From an uncultured Chloroflexia bacterium (GTDB lineage: Bacteria > Chloroflexota > Limnocylindria > Limnocylindrales > CSP1-4), in NCBI GenBank assembly GCA_963720825.1, contig CAVRGY010000006.1, forward strand, positions 61,827-125,826: a stretch of DNA of 64,000 nt. The letters are read 5' to 3'. Numbering within the stretch: position 1 is the first letter of the stretch; each line of letters opens with the position of its first letter. Positions 36,098-45,080 of the stretch are shown piece by piece. A program made the position numbers and the translations under genes. The notes under the pieces are model-generated. The model made no database searches, was not told the origin of the DNA, and saw nothing but the letters and a program-made list of their open reading frames with translations.

Positions 36098-36880
36098 TCA
36101 GGCCGCCGGGTTCGTGGTTCGCGCGAAGTCCGCGACCTGTGCCGTGAACGAGGCCGGCCGGTCGAGGTTGGACAGGTGGCCCGCCCACGGAAGCACGGCC
36201 CATCGGCCGCGGCGACAGCTCGCCGACCACAGGTCCCCGCCAGGCCCGAACACCGGATCGAGGGCACCGTTGAGGATCAGGACCGGGACCCACAGCCGCC
36301 CGAGCCGTTCCAGGAACCGGTGCCCGACCAGCGCCCGGATCGCGTCGCCGCCGCCGGCGAACCACAGGCCGGCCGCCATGATCGGCGCGGCAGTCGGGCG
36401 ACGGTACCGAACGCGGAGGAACGCACCGGCCAGCGTCCGCAGCACGGGCGCCGGGGCACGCTCGAGGACCCCGGCCAGGACGCGCATCAGCGCCGCGGTC
36501 GGCCCTACCGGCTCCGCGGAGCACCCGGCGAGCACCAGGCCATCGACGCGGTCCGGAAACCGCACCGCCGTCTCGATCGCGACGTAGCCGCCCAGCGACA
36601 GCCCGACCAGCACCGCGCGCCCGCGGGGCGTCGCCGCCTCGATCGCGGTCGCCACGACGGACGCTGCCGCCTCGAGCGAGAAGGGCTCGCCAGCGAGCGT
36701 CCCGTGCGCCGGCAGGTCGACCGCGATGCACCGGAACGTCCTCGACAGCCGCCGCAGCTGCGGCGTCCACTGCGCCCGCGTGAGCAGCGTCCCATGGATG
36801 AACACGATCGCGGGTGCGGACTCCGGGCCCACCGCCGTCCAGGCCGGCTCCCGCCCGGCGCGGTCTGACGCCGTCGTCAT
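36098..36880 (-). CDS. alpha/beta-fold hydrolase
   Basis: 260 aa. IVFIHG oxyanion region, nucleophile elbow GLSLGG, and a C-terminal AGH. Confidence 0.85.
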   Translation of the reverse strand: MTTASDRAGREPAWTAVGPESAPAIVFIHGTLLTRAQWTPQLRRLSRTFRCIAVDLPAHGTLAGEPFSLEAAASVVATAIEAATPRGRAVLVGLSLGGYVAIETAVRFPDRVDGLVLAGCSAEPVGPTAALMRVLAGVLERAPAPVLRTLAGAFLRVRYRRPTAAPIMAAGLWFAGGGDAIRALVGHRFLERLGRLWVPVLILNGALDPVFGPGGDLWSASCRRGRWAVLPWAGHLSNLDRPASFTAQVADFARTTNPAA

Positions 36881-36972
36881 CGGAGCGCCGCCGTCGTCAC
36901 ACCGGTCATCATCGGCGATCCGGCGTCAGCGCGCGGAAAACGGGCAGCCGCGCAGTCGCGATGGCCAGGCGC

Positions 36973-38064
36973 TCAGCGAGGGGAGCCGGCCGTGGCCTCC
37001 GGCCGGCCATCGACGGCCACGTCGCGGCTCCGGGCGCGTTCGCGGCGGGCGGTCCCGAGGCGGATCGAGGTGAACGGGATCCGGAGCTCGTGGAACACCT
37101 CGACCGAGACCAGGAACCCCGCGAACAGGAACACCACGCCCAGGAACTTGCCCAGCTGGAACAGCTCGGTCGAACCGGCGCGGTTGAGCGAATCGGTGAT
37201 GGTGGGGAAGAACGCCCCGACGGCGATCAGGATCGTCGCCGGCACCCGGGAGTGGAGCCGACCGGCCATCAGCTCGCGCAGCGCGCCCGGGAGCGACGCG
37301 ACGAGGTTGACCGGGATCGCGACGACGGCGATCGACAGGTTGAACAGGAACTGGTCGCCGGGCTGGTTCGGGTCCAGCGAGTACGGGAGCACGCGCCGCT
37401 TGGGCATGAACACGTAGGTCGAGAACACCGCGCCGAGGAGCAGGGACATGGCGCCCGGGATGTTCATCAGCGGGGTCAGCAGGCGAAGGTAGCCCGGCAT
37501 GGCATCGCCGACCGGCTGGCCGGTCGCGCTGAGCGCATAGCCCGGTGGAGCGAGCGGCGGCGTGAGGACCATGAGGACCACTGCGAGGAGGGTCGTCGCG
37601 ACGATGGCGCCGGCGGCGAACCGCGGCCAGCGGTCGTTCTGGAAGTACGTCTCGACCCCGATCGCGAGCGCCAGGATCACCGCGCCGATCAGGTACAGCA
37701 CCGGCAGCGGCCCGGCGTCCCGGTAGCTCGGGCTGTTGCGGATCATCAGGGCAACCAGCCCCGACAGCAGCAGCAGCACCGCGTACGTGTAACCGAACCG
37801 CGTCCGGCCGAGCAGGAACGCGGTCCCCAGCCCGAGCCACGCGGCGGTCAGCACGGCACCGGTGAGGTACCAGGCGCGGTACAGGAGCTCGTTCCAGCCG
37901 GCGGCGCCGGCTACGGCCTCCGCACCCGCGCCGATCGCGTAGAACAGCATGCCGAACGCCCAGATCAGCTGGTACCCCTGCCGGCGCTCCCGCCACTGGT
38001 CGAGCAGGAGCAGCGAGAACACGAGAGCCAGGATCGCGGTCAGGCTCGGCAGCACGGCGGTCAC
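36973..38064 (-). CDS. uncharacterised polytopic (~10 TM) membrane protein, paralog B
   Basis: 363 aa. Collinear with 3699..4733: LLLDQW.ERR..YQLIWA.GM, YRAWYL.GAV..AAWLGLGT..LLGRTRFGY, PGYAL, RLLTPL.N, STYVFMPKRR, HSRVPATIL, LGVVFLFAGFLVS.EVF.E.RIPFT. Confidence 0.75.
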   Translation of the reverse strand: MTAVLPSLTAILALVFSLLLLDQWRERRQGYQLIWAFGMLFYAIGAGAEAVAGAAGWNELLYRAWYLTGAVLTAAWLGLGTAFLLGRTRFGYTYAVLLLLSGLVALMIRNSPSYRDAGPLPVLYLIGAVILALAIGVETYFQNDRWPRFAAGAIVATTLLAVVLMVLTPPLAPPGYALSATGQPVGDAMPGYLRLLTPLMNIPGAMSLLLGAVFSTYVFMPKRRVLPYSLDPNQPGDQFLFNLSIAVVAIPVNLVASLPGALRELMAGRLHSRVPATILIAVGAFFPTITDSLNRAGSTELFQLGKFLGVVFLFAGFLVSVEVFHELRIPFTSIRLGTARRERARSRDVAVDGRPEATAGSPR

Positions 38065-38097
38065 GGGAGCACTGCGTCGGCGTTCATGCCGGTCCTT

Positions 38098-38865
38098 TCA
38101 GGAAGCGGTCGGGGTTGTCAGGGACGACGACTCGGACGCGGCGGCGTGCGCCGCGACGAATGCGAGCAGCAGCCGGTCCAGCAGACTTGTCGAAGTGTCG
38201 TACAGCTGGCCGACGCGAACCGCGTCGATCCCGCGGCGCCGGGTCATCACGCTCAGCTCGGCGAGGAACGGGCGTCGCGCTGAGACGAACATCGACACCG
38301 CGTCGGCCAGCGGGACCCCGTGCCGGGCCAGCCGGTCGGCGAGCTCCGCGGCAAGCTCGGCGGCATCACGCTCCGCCGCCGCGCGCGCCGCGCCCGTCTC
38401 GTCGAGGTGGCGCACCAGCGCATCCACGAGCCGGCGGCCGGTATCACGGAACGTGTCACGGTCGGCGGCGGGCACGGTCGCCCGCGCGTCGAGCCCCGCG
38501 CCGTCGGCGCTGCCGTGCCCGAGGGCGTACCGGCGCCGGTACGCCGCGGACAGCCGGTCCTGGGTCGCCCCCAGGCCGGCCAGGCCGCCCACCGGTCCGG
38601 TGCGCCTCGCGGCGATCAACCGCTCGAGCGCCCGTCGCTCGAAGCGGCGATGGCCGCCCGGCGTCGTGAACGCCGGCACCCGGCCCTCGTCCGCCCAGCG
38701 TCGGAGCGTGTCCGGATCGACGCCCAGGAGGCGGCTCGCATCACCCAGCGCGAGACGCTCCGGCAACGCACGATCAGCGTCCGTCCGGTTGGGGGCCACG
38801 GGATCCTCCGCAACTGCGCGTACGGCCCCTCCACCCGCCCCCAAAACATGGGTAAAACTGGGCAA
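38098..38865 (-). CDS. MerR/excisionase-type helix-turn-helix transcriptional regulator with C-terminal helical domain
   Basis: LALGDASRLLGVDPDTLRRWADEGRVPAFTTPGGHRRF is a MerR-superfamily HTH. The true start may be an internal GTG (VAPNRTD..). The next gene starts 33 nt downstream. Confidence 0.7.
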   Translation of the reverse strand: MPSFTHVLGAGGGAVRAVAEDPVAPNRTDADRALPERLALGDASRLLGVDPDTLRRWADEGRVPAFTTPGGHRRFERRALERLIAARRTGPVGGLAGLGATQDRLSAAYRRRYALGHGSADGAGLDARATVPAADRDTFRDTGRRLVDALVRHLDETGAARAAAERDAAELAAELADRLARHGVPLADAVSMFVSARRPFLAELSVMTRRRGIDAVRVGQLYDTSTSLLDRLLLAFVAAHAAASESSSLTTPTAS

Positions 38866-38966
38866 CGATCCGGGACCGGAGGCGCCGAGTGTAGGTGGCG
38901 CAGGATCAGGCCGTCAACCGCGTGTCCGGACCCGTCCGGCAAGACCCATCCGGGGGTCGCCCGGGA

Positions 38967-39320
38967 TCAGGCGGGGACGAACTCGTGCTCGTCCCGGTGG
39001 AGCCCATCGCACAGGCCCCAGGCCGGCGTGCCGAGCGGCAGCGCCACGGGCCGCATGATCTCGCGGATCCCGCCGCGCCGGCACAGGTAGTAGCCACGCT
39101 CCGCCATCCACAGGCGGACGCAGGCCGGGTCGGAATGGAACTGGTGCGGCCCCGGGTTGACCGGCGACGACTCGGTCCAGCCCACCGCGACCTCGGGTGA
39201 GACGATGTCCAGCAGGTTCACCCGCCAGGGCGTGCCCGGGATCACCTCGCGACACCCATCGCACCGGATCGCGACGTTGTCATGGACGATCGTGCGGATC
39301 GTCACACCCATGATCTCCAT
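38967..39320 (-). CDS. hypothetical protein
   Basis: 117-aa ORF with non-shadow-like composition (contains I, N, H, W, Y, C). I recognise no domain. Confidence 0.4.
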   Translation of the reverse strand: MEIMGVTIRTIVHDNVAIRCDGCREVIPGTPWRVNLLDIVSPEVAVGWTESSPVNPGPHQFHSDPACVRLWMAERGYYLCRRGGIREIMRPVALPLGTPAWGLCDGLHRDEHEFVPA

Positions 39321-39354
39321 CGCTCAGGAGCATATCAGGGCGATCGGGAAGGGG

Positions 39355-39431
39355 TGGTACCCCCAACCGGATTCGAACCGGTGATCTCCACCTTGAAAGG
39401 GTGGCGTCCTGGGCCTCTAGACGATGGGGGC
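39355..39431 (-). tRNA. tRNA-Glu (anticodon UUC), CCA encoded
   Basis: Reverse complement reads GCCCCCATCGTCTAGAGGCCCAGGACGCCACCCTTTCAAGGTGGAGATCACCGGTTCGAATCCGGTTGGGGGTACCA. It has a cloverleaf, the anticodon loop CTTTCAA, and the T-loop GGTTCGAATCC. Confidence 0.92.
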
Positions 39432-39496
39432 ACGAGGCCGGCGAGGCCGGCCGAGTGTACCAGAGGGGGTTTCCGCGACCCCTCCGGCGGATGTGC

Positions 39497-39904
39497 TCAG
39501 GTGGGCCTGGTGCCGCTCCAGATGAGGCTCATGATCACGGCCGCTGCGAGCGACATCAGCGAGGCCACCGCGACCAGGCCGGCGGCCAGCGCCGTCAGCA
39601 CCGCAGTGCCGTCGCGCCCGTCGCGGCCGGCCCTGATCACGCTCGCGAGGCCCATCACCGCCATCGCAGCGAGCACCAGGCCGCAGATCGCGAACCCCGA
39701 CGCCATCAGCGGGATCTGGAGCTGGTCGCGCACGATCATGGAATAGCCCAGGAACACGAGCCCGCCGGCGAACGCGATGAGCATCGACACGCGCGCCGGC
39801 GTGACCCGGACAGGGCCGATGCGCGGGCCCGTCCGGGGGGCGCGGTCGTCGACACGGCGCACCTGCATCCGCGCTCGACCATCGGGCTGTCGTCGGCCGC
39901 TCAT
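39497..39904 (-). CDS. small hypothetical membrane protein (3-4 TM)
   Basis: 135-aa ORF. Hydrophobic segments MLIAFAGGLVFLGYSMIV, ASGFAICGLVLAAMAVMGLA and VLTALAAGLVAVASLMSLAAAVIM. The start is uncertain. Confidence 0.45.
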   Translation of the reverse strand: MSGRRQPDGRARMQVRRVDDRAPRTGPRIGPVRVTPARVSMLIAFAGGLVFLGYSMIVRDQLQIPLMASGFAICGLVLAAMAVMGLASVIRAGRDGRDGTAVLTALAAGLVAVASLMSLAAAVIMSLIWSGTRPT

Positions 39905-39939
39905 CGCCGCGAGCGTAGCAGGGGTCGCTGCGTGACGGC

Positions 39940-40590
39940 CTACGCGGCGCCCGCAGGCCGGATGGCGGGATCGGGCCCGACGCCGCCGCGCGGCCGGTGG
40001 TAGACGGCGACGTTCCAGCTGAGTCGAGCCCGCTTGAGCCGCTCGGCCACCTGCAGGCCGCGGTCTCCGAACGCATCCCCGAGCAGGCTGCGCGCGTCAT
40101 CCAGGGTGGGGAAGGTCCAGAACGCGTGGATGACCCGCAGCTTGAACCCGCCCCCACGCAGGAACGGCCCGTCGCGGTGGCTCCACGAGCCGTACTCGGG
40201 CGCGTCGACCGGTCTGAGGCCGCTGACGTCGTCGCGACCGTAGTCGTGCACCACGAGCAGCCGGCCTCCCGGGCGCAGGACGCGGTCGGCTTCGGCGAGC
40301 TCGGCCGGATCGACGCCCCGGAACCCGGTCCACAGGCTGACGAGGGCATCGCAGCTCGCATCAGGAGCATCGAGCCGCAGGGGGGCGACCAGCGGCAGGC
40401 GGGCCGGGATGATGCCCGTCGCAGCAAGCCGATCGTGGAGGCGTCCGTCGGGCAGGTCGAGCACGATCACGTTGCGACCGGCCAGCGGGCCGAGGGCATC
40501 GAGGGCGCGCACGATCTTCCCCTCGATATCGACCGCGGCAGCGAGGCGCTCGGCCTGCGCGGCGGGAAGCAGGAACGGAATGTCAGCCAC
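39940..40590 (-). CDS. putative class I SAM-dependent methyltransferase-like protein
   Basis: GTG at residue 128 of ORF 39940..40971. RNVIVLDLPDG (motif I-like) and VLRPGGRLLVVHDYG (post-motif II-like). Weak assignment. Confidence 0.5.
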   Translation of the reverse strand: MADIPFLLPAAQAERLAAAVDIEGKIVRALDALGPLAGRNVIVLDLPDGRLHDRLAATGIIPARLPLVAPLRLDAPDASCDALVSLWTGFRGVDPAELAEADRVLRPGGRLLVVHDYGRDDVSGLRPVDAPEYGSWSHRDGPFLRGGGFKLRVIHAFWTFPTLDDARSLLGDAFGDRGLQVAERLKRARLSWNVAVYHRPRGGVGPDPAIRPAGAA

Positions 40591-40660
40591 GTTGGGCGAG
40601 GATATCCGGGAAGCGCCATCCGTGGGTGGCAGGTTGCGGCTGCGGTGCCGTCCCGGGGCC

Positions 40661-42232
40661 TCAGGTCGCGGGTTGTACCAGGATTCGCCCGCGCCGGGCC
40701 GGAACCGCCACGCGTGCCGACCCATCGGATGCGATCGTGACCGCCGGCCCCGCGTCGCCACCACCGGGCATCGGAAGCGCCCGGAGCGAGGTTCCGGCCA
40801 GCTCCGGCAGCATGACGGGAACGTCGATCGGGCCGTCACCCGCGTTGACCGCGACCAGCACGGGCGCGCCGCCGGCGTCTGCGCCGCGCACGAAGGCAAG
40901 GGCATCGCCGGCCGCACCGACGATGCGGAACGACCCGCGCCGCAGCGCAGGCAGCGCGTGCCGCGCGGCAATCACGGCCCTCGTCCACGCCACCCCGGCG
41001 CGATCCCACGTGCCCTCGTCCCGCGGGAACGCGCGCCGGCAATCCGGATCGCTGCCCCCCTCGACGCCCACCTCGTCGCCGTAGTAGATGCAGGGCGCAC
41101 CCGGCAGCGTCGCCTGGAGCAGCACCGCCAGCTCGAAGGCATCGCGGTCGCGCCCCGCCATGGTGCGGAACCTGGGCGTGTCGTGGCTGCCCAGGAGGTT
41201 GAGCTGGACCTCGGTCACGTTCCGCTCATAGCGCGCCATCAGCCGCTCCAGCTCCGCGCCGAACGCGGCGCCGTCCCGACGCTGGACCGTGCCGCCGTAC
41301 TCGTGATGGGCGCGCACGATCACCTCGTCCAGGTGCCCCTGTGCCGCAAACCCCAGGACCGCCTCCGCCAGCGGGTAGTTCATGATCGCGTCGAAACGGT
41401 CGCCCGCCAGCCACTCGGGCGCCTCGTGCCAGATCTCGCCGACCAGGTACGTCTCCGGGTTCACGGCCCGGCACCGGTCCCGGAACTCGGCCCAGAACGA
41501 GCCGTCGTCGATCTCGGTCGGCACGTCCAGGCGCCAGCCGTCGATCCCGAACCGCAGCCAGTGCTCGGCCACGCCCAGGAGGTGCTCGCGGACCTCGGGG
41601 TTGGCGACGTTCAGCTTTGGCAGCGGCGGCAGCCCCCACCACGCCCGGTACCCGAGGCGGCCGAACGAGGCGTCGGCACGATCGTCGTCCGTCGCCTGGA
41701 GCGACGGCTCGTCGGGCATGTCGTCGACGTCGGCCGGCCAGGGGTACGGCCGGAACGGTCGCCGCCCCTCGAGCGCCTGCGGGTGGAAGTGGAACCAGTC
41801 GCGATACGGCGAGCCGGCGCCGTTCTCGAGCACGTGATGGAACGCCCAGAAGCCGCGACCGGTGTGGTTGAACACCCCGTCGAGCACGACCCGGATCCCG
41901 CGCGCGTGCGCGCCGTCAAGCAGCTCGCGCAGGGCGGCGTCACCGCCGAGCAACGGGTCCACCCGGTGGTAGTCGTACGTGTGGTAGCGGTGGTTCGATG
42001 CCGACGCGAAGATGGGCGTCAGGTACAGGCCATTGACCCCGAGATCGGCCAGGTATGGCAGCCGTTCCGCGATCCCCAGCAGGTCCCCGCCCTTGAACCC
42101 GTGGATCGTCGGCGGCGCATCCCAGGGCTCCATCGGACCCGGCTTCACCACCCGCGTGGACGACGCGAATCGATCGGGAAAGATCTGGTAGAAGACGGCG
42201 TCCCGGACCCAGTCCGGGGTGTCGACGGTCAT
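40661..42232 (-). CDS. GH13 alpha-amylase-family glycoside hydrolase (neopullulanase / alpha-glucosidase-like)
   Basis: DAVFYQIFPDRF, GGDLLGI...LPYLADLGVNGLYLTPIF, GIRVVLDGVFNHTG, GWRLDV, GEIWHE and LGSHD match the four conserved GH13 regions. Confidence 0.9.
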   Translation of the reverse strand: MTVDTPDWVRDAVFYQIFPDRFASSTRVVKPGPMEPWDAPPTIHGFKGGDLLGIAERLPYLADLGVNGLYLTPIFASASNHRYHTYDYHRVDPLLGGDAALRELLDGAHARGIRVVLDGVFNHTGRGFWAFHHVLENGAGSPYRDWFHFHPQALEGRRPFRPYPWPADVDDMPDEPSLQATDDDRADASFGRLGYRAWWGLPPLPKLNVANPEVREHLLGVAEHWLRFGIDGWRLDVPTEIDDGSFWAEFRDRCRAVNPETYLVGEIWHEAPEWLAGDRFDAIMNYPLAEAVLGFAAQGHLDEVIVRAHHEYGGTVQRRDGAAFGAELERLMARYERNVTEVQLNLLGSHDTPRFRTMAGRDRDAFELAVLLQATLPGAPCIYYGDEVGVEGGSDPDCRRAFPRDEGTWDRAGVAWTRAVIAARHALPALRRGSFRIVGAAGDALAFVRGADAGGAPVLVAVNAGDGPIDVPVMLPELAGTSLRALPMPGGGDAGPAVTIASDGSARVAVPARRGRILVQPAT

Positions 42233-42309
42233 ATGACTCCTCGCACGACGTGCCGCTGCGCCTGCGCGACCGCAGGGTGCTCCGCGACCGCAGCTCCGGT
42301 TTGTTGCAC

Positions 42310-43366
42310 TTACGTCCGCGCCTTGGGCGCGGGGCCGGTCGAGCCGCGGATGACGAGCCGAGTCTCGAGCCGGAGCTGTTCGGGGTGCAGATCCCTTCGT
42401 TCAACGACCGACAGGAGCATGCGAACCGCGGTCTCGCCCTTGCGCCGGATCGGCTGGTGCACGGTCGTCAGCGGCGGATCGGTGTGCTGCGCAAGGTCGA
42501 TGTCGTCGAACCCGACCACGGCCAGGGCCTCCGGGACCCGCGAGCCCGAGCTCGCGTGCCGCCCGCAGGACGCCGATCGCCATCGCATCCGACATGGCCA
42601 GCACGGCGGTCGGTCGCAGCCCCGTCTCCCACGCCCGGTGCATCGCGGCGATGCCGCCCTCGATGGTGGCCGGGCCGACCACCACGGCTCCGGGCCTGAG
42701 CTCGACGCCCCGGGCCGCGAACGCCGCGAGGTAGCCCGCGAGTCGATGACCCATGGTGCTGTCGGGATCGAGGGCACCGTCGGGGAACGGGTGCCCCACG
42801 CCCACCACCACGAACTCCCGGTGCCCCAGGCCGAGCAGGTGGTCCGCGGCGGCGCGGGCCCCCCCGACGTCGTCGATCAGCACCGCCGGCTGGTCGCGCA
42901 GCGCGGTGGAATCCACCATCACGATCGGCACCCCAGCGGCGCGGATGAGGTCCACCTCGGGGTGATCTGCCGACAGCCCGATCGCGACCACGCCGTCCAC
43001 CGTGGCCCGGCCCATCGCCCTCGCCAGCGATCCATGCAGCGGCGAGATGAAATGCAGCGCGTATCCCTCTTCCTCGGCCGCCAGGGCCACCCCCTCCGCG
43101 AACGCGCCGAACGATGGGTTGGAGAACATGACCGACAGGGCCTGCGGGGTGAGCACACCCAGCGTGCGCGTTGCCCGCTGGGTGAGCATCCGCGCGACCG
43201 GGTTCGGCCGGTAGCCCAGCTCGTCGGCCACGTCGCGGATCCGGCTTGCCGTCTCCGACGCCAGCCGCTCCGGGCTGTTGAACGCGAACGAGACCGCGGT
43301 CTTCGACACGCCCGCCTCGCGGGCGACATCGGCGATACGTGGCCGTCGCGGGGTCCGCTCCTCCAC
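42310..43366 (-). pseudogene. LacI-family transcriptional regulator, split by a 1-nt frameshift near 42541 (or sequencing error)
   Basis: ORF 42401..43366 gives the HTH IADVAREAGVSKTAVSFAFN and a sugar-binding core up to ..AIGVLRAARELGL. The frame of ORF 42310..42777 continues (R)VPEALAVVGFDDIDLAQHTDPPLTTVHQP... Removing one G from ctcGcgggtc restores GLRVPE. Confidence 0.8.
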
Positions 43367-43467
43367 GCTCTCCTCGCTGCCGGTGGCCGGTGCCGCGCGT
43401 GCCGGTGCCGCGACGGTCCATCGGATGCACCCGCCGCGGCCTGCCGGAGCCAGCGCCGCTGCGGGTA

Positions 43468-43493
43468 AAACCGGTTTAGCAAACCGGTTTAGC
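43468..43493. promoter_or_regulatory. tandem duplicated 13-nt unit AAACCGGTTTAGC, each holding the 10-bp palindrome AAACCGGTTT (candidate LacI-family operator pair)
   Basis: Palindromes at 43468-43477 and 43481-43490, about 100 nt upstream of the LacI start (43366, minus strand). LacI/GalR operators are palindromes with a central CG. Confidence 0.45.
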
Positions 43494-43616
43494 GGACGGT
43501 AGCCTCCGCCTGATCGGGTGTCAATACCCTCCCTGGCCGTTGCCGACCCGGAGCCTCACCCGTCGCTCGCCGCTGCATCGAGCCCCGCGCCCGGCCGACG
43601 GTGGCATGATCAGGCC

Positions 43617-43988
43617 ATGCTCGACCAGCTGCGTCGCATGCCGCCCGGGATCCGGATCTTCCTCGGCTATGCGTTCCTCATCCTGGGCATCATCGGCCTC
43701 TCGCTGCGCTACGTGATCGACCAGGCCATCGACGCCCCCGTCTCGCTGCCCGGCATCGTGGTCATGATCCTGCTCGCCTACACCATCTTCACCACCACCC
43801 TCGTCCTGCAGCGCAAGGAAGCCTCGCGCGCGCTCGCGATCGGCCTGTCCACGCTTACCCTGCCCGCCGTCCCGCTGCTCCTCCTCGCCGCGCTGCCGTT
43901 GTACGCGCTGATCATGGCAGCCGTTGCGGCCCTGCTGTTCTTCGGCCTCACCCGGCCCGACGTCCGCACCTGGCTCAACGAGCCCTAG
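43617..43988 (+). CDS. small hypothetical membrane protein (4 TM)
   Basis: Internal ATG (residue 34 of ORF 43518..43988). Hydrophobic segments IFLGYAFLILGIIGL, IVVMILLAYTIFTTTLVL, LAIGLSTLTLPAVPLLLLAAL and LIMAAVAALLFFGL. Confidence 0.5.
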   Translation: MLDQLRRMPPGIRIFLGYAFLILGIIGLSLRYVIDQAIDAPVSLPGIVVMILLAYTIFTTTLVLQRKEASRALAIGLSTLTLPAVPLLLLAALPLYALIMAAVAALLFFGLTRPDVRTWLNEP

Positions 43989-44170
43989 CAGCGCAACCCG
44001 CGCCGTGCGGCAGCTTTCCCACCCGGACCACCTCAACCGCTTTCGGCGCACGCGCGCGCGGAACGCTACCCTTCGCGCATCGCACCGGCGCCGGCCGACG
44101 CCGCCGCCCCCCGGGCGTACGACCGTCGCCGTCCCGACCATCGCACCACACACCACGGAGCAGCAGACCC

Positions 44171-45070
44171 TTGTCCGATCGCAACCGCCGGCCAACGTCC
44201 CAGCCCGCCAGGTCGGGCGACCCGGCCACATCGGGTCGTCGCGCGAGCGCATCGTCGAGCCCGTCGGGCACCACTCGCGCGGGACGCCGGGAAACCGCAC
44301 GCCGGCGGCGGGAGCAGGAGACGGGGCTGAGCCGCTTCCGGACGCCGCTGCTGGCGATCGCGGTGGCCATCGTCGTCGTGGGCGTCAGCGCGTTCGTGTT
44401 CATGTCGGCGGCGGCGCCGACGTACGCGTGCTCCGGCATCGACACCGTCCAGCCCCAGGCGTCCGGCGAGCTTGGCCAGGTGCAGCCGGACATGGGCAAC
44501 CAGCACGTCCAGGCCGGCGACAAGGTCACCTACCCCGTCTGCCCGCCGGCGTCCGGCAAGCACATCAACCGCACCGGTTTCGGCCCCCTGCAGCCGAAGG
44601 TCTACGGGCCCGATGACCAGAGCGCACCCAACGGCTGGGTCCACAACCTCGAGCACGGTGGGCTCGTCCTGCTCTACTCGTGCGACAAGGGCGCCTGCGA
44701 TGACGCGTCGATCGCCCAGCTCCAGGCGTTCAGCAACGGGTTTCCCAACAGCGCGGTGTGCAACCTGCCGCCGGGGCTGGTGGGGCCTGTCGTCGCGCGG
44801 TTCGAGCAGATGCCGACCCGGTTCGCCGCCCTGATCTGGGACCGCGTCCTGTACCTGGACAGCCTCGACACCCAGGAGATCTACGACTTCTTCACGACAT
44901 ATGGCGAGCGGATCGCCGATGACGGCACCTGGATCAGCCCGCCGGAGCCGCAGTGCACGGCCCCCAGCCCGTCCCCCGCGGCCAGCCCTGCGGCCACGGA
45001 GAGCACGGCCCCCAGCGACACCGCCTCGCCGCCCGCGAGCGCGGAGCCGAGCCCCAGCACGGCCGGCTGA
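44171..45070 (+). CDS. DUF3105-like membrane-anchored protein
   Basis: TTG start. Basic N-terminus plus a TM segment. Conserved Y..PP.SG.H and WVHNLEHGGLVLLY core. Pro/Ser/Ala-rich tail. Confidence 0.7.
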   Translation: MSDRNRRPTSQPARSGDPATSGRRASASSSPSGTTRAGRRETARRRREQETGLSRFRTPLLAIAVAIVVVGVSAFVFMSAAAPTYACSGIDTVQPQASGELGQVQPDMGNQHVQAGDKVTYPVCPPASGKHINRTGFGPLQPKVYGPDDQSAPNGWVHNLEHGGLVLLYSCDKGACDDASIAQLQAFSNGFPNSAVCNLPPGLVGPVVARFEQMPTRFAALIWDRVLYLDSLDTQEIYDFFTTYGERIADDGTWISPPEPQCTAPSPSPAASPAATESTAPSDTASPPASAEPSPSTAG

Positions 45071-45080
45071 GCCCAGCGAG

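Noticed and set aside
38098-39431. A genomic island integrated at tRNA-Glu, suggested by an excisionase-type HTH gene and small hypothetical ORFs next to the tRNA 3' end.
   Set aside because: There is no integrase, no direct repeat of the tRNA 3' end, no compositional shift visible by eye, and the neighbouring genes (galU, hydrolase) are ordinary. The HTH protein is a 255-aa MerR-like regulator rather than a small Xis.
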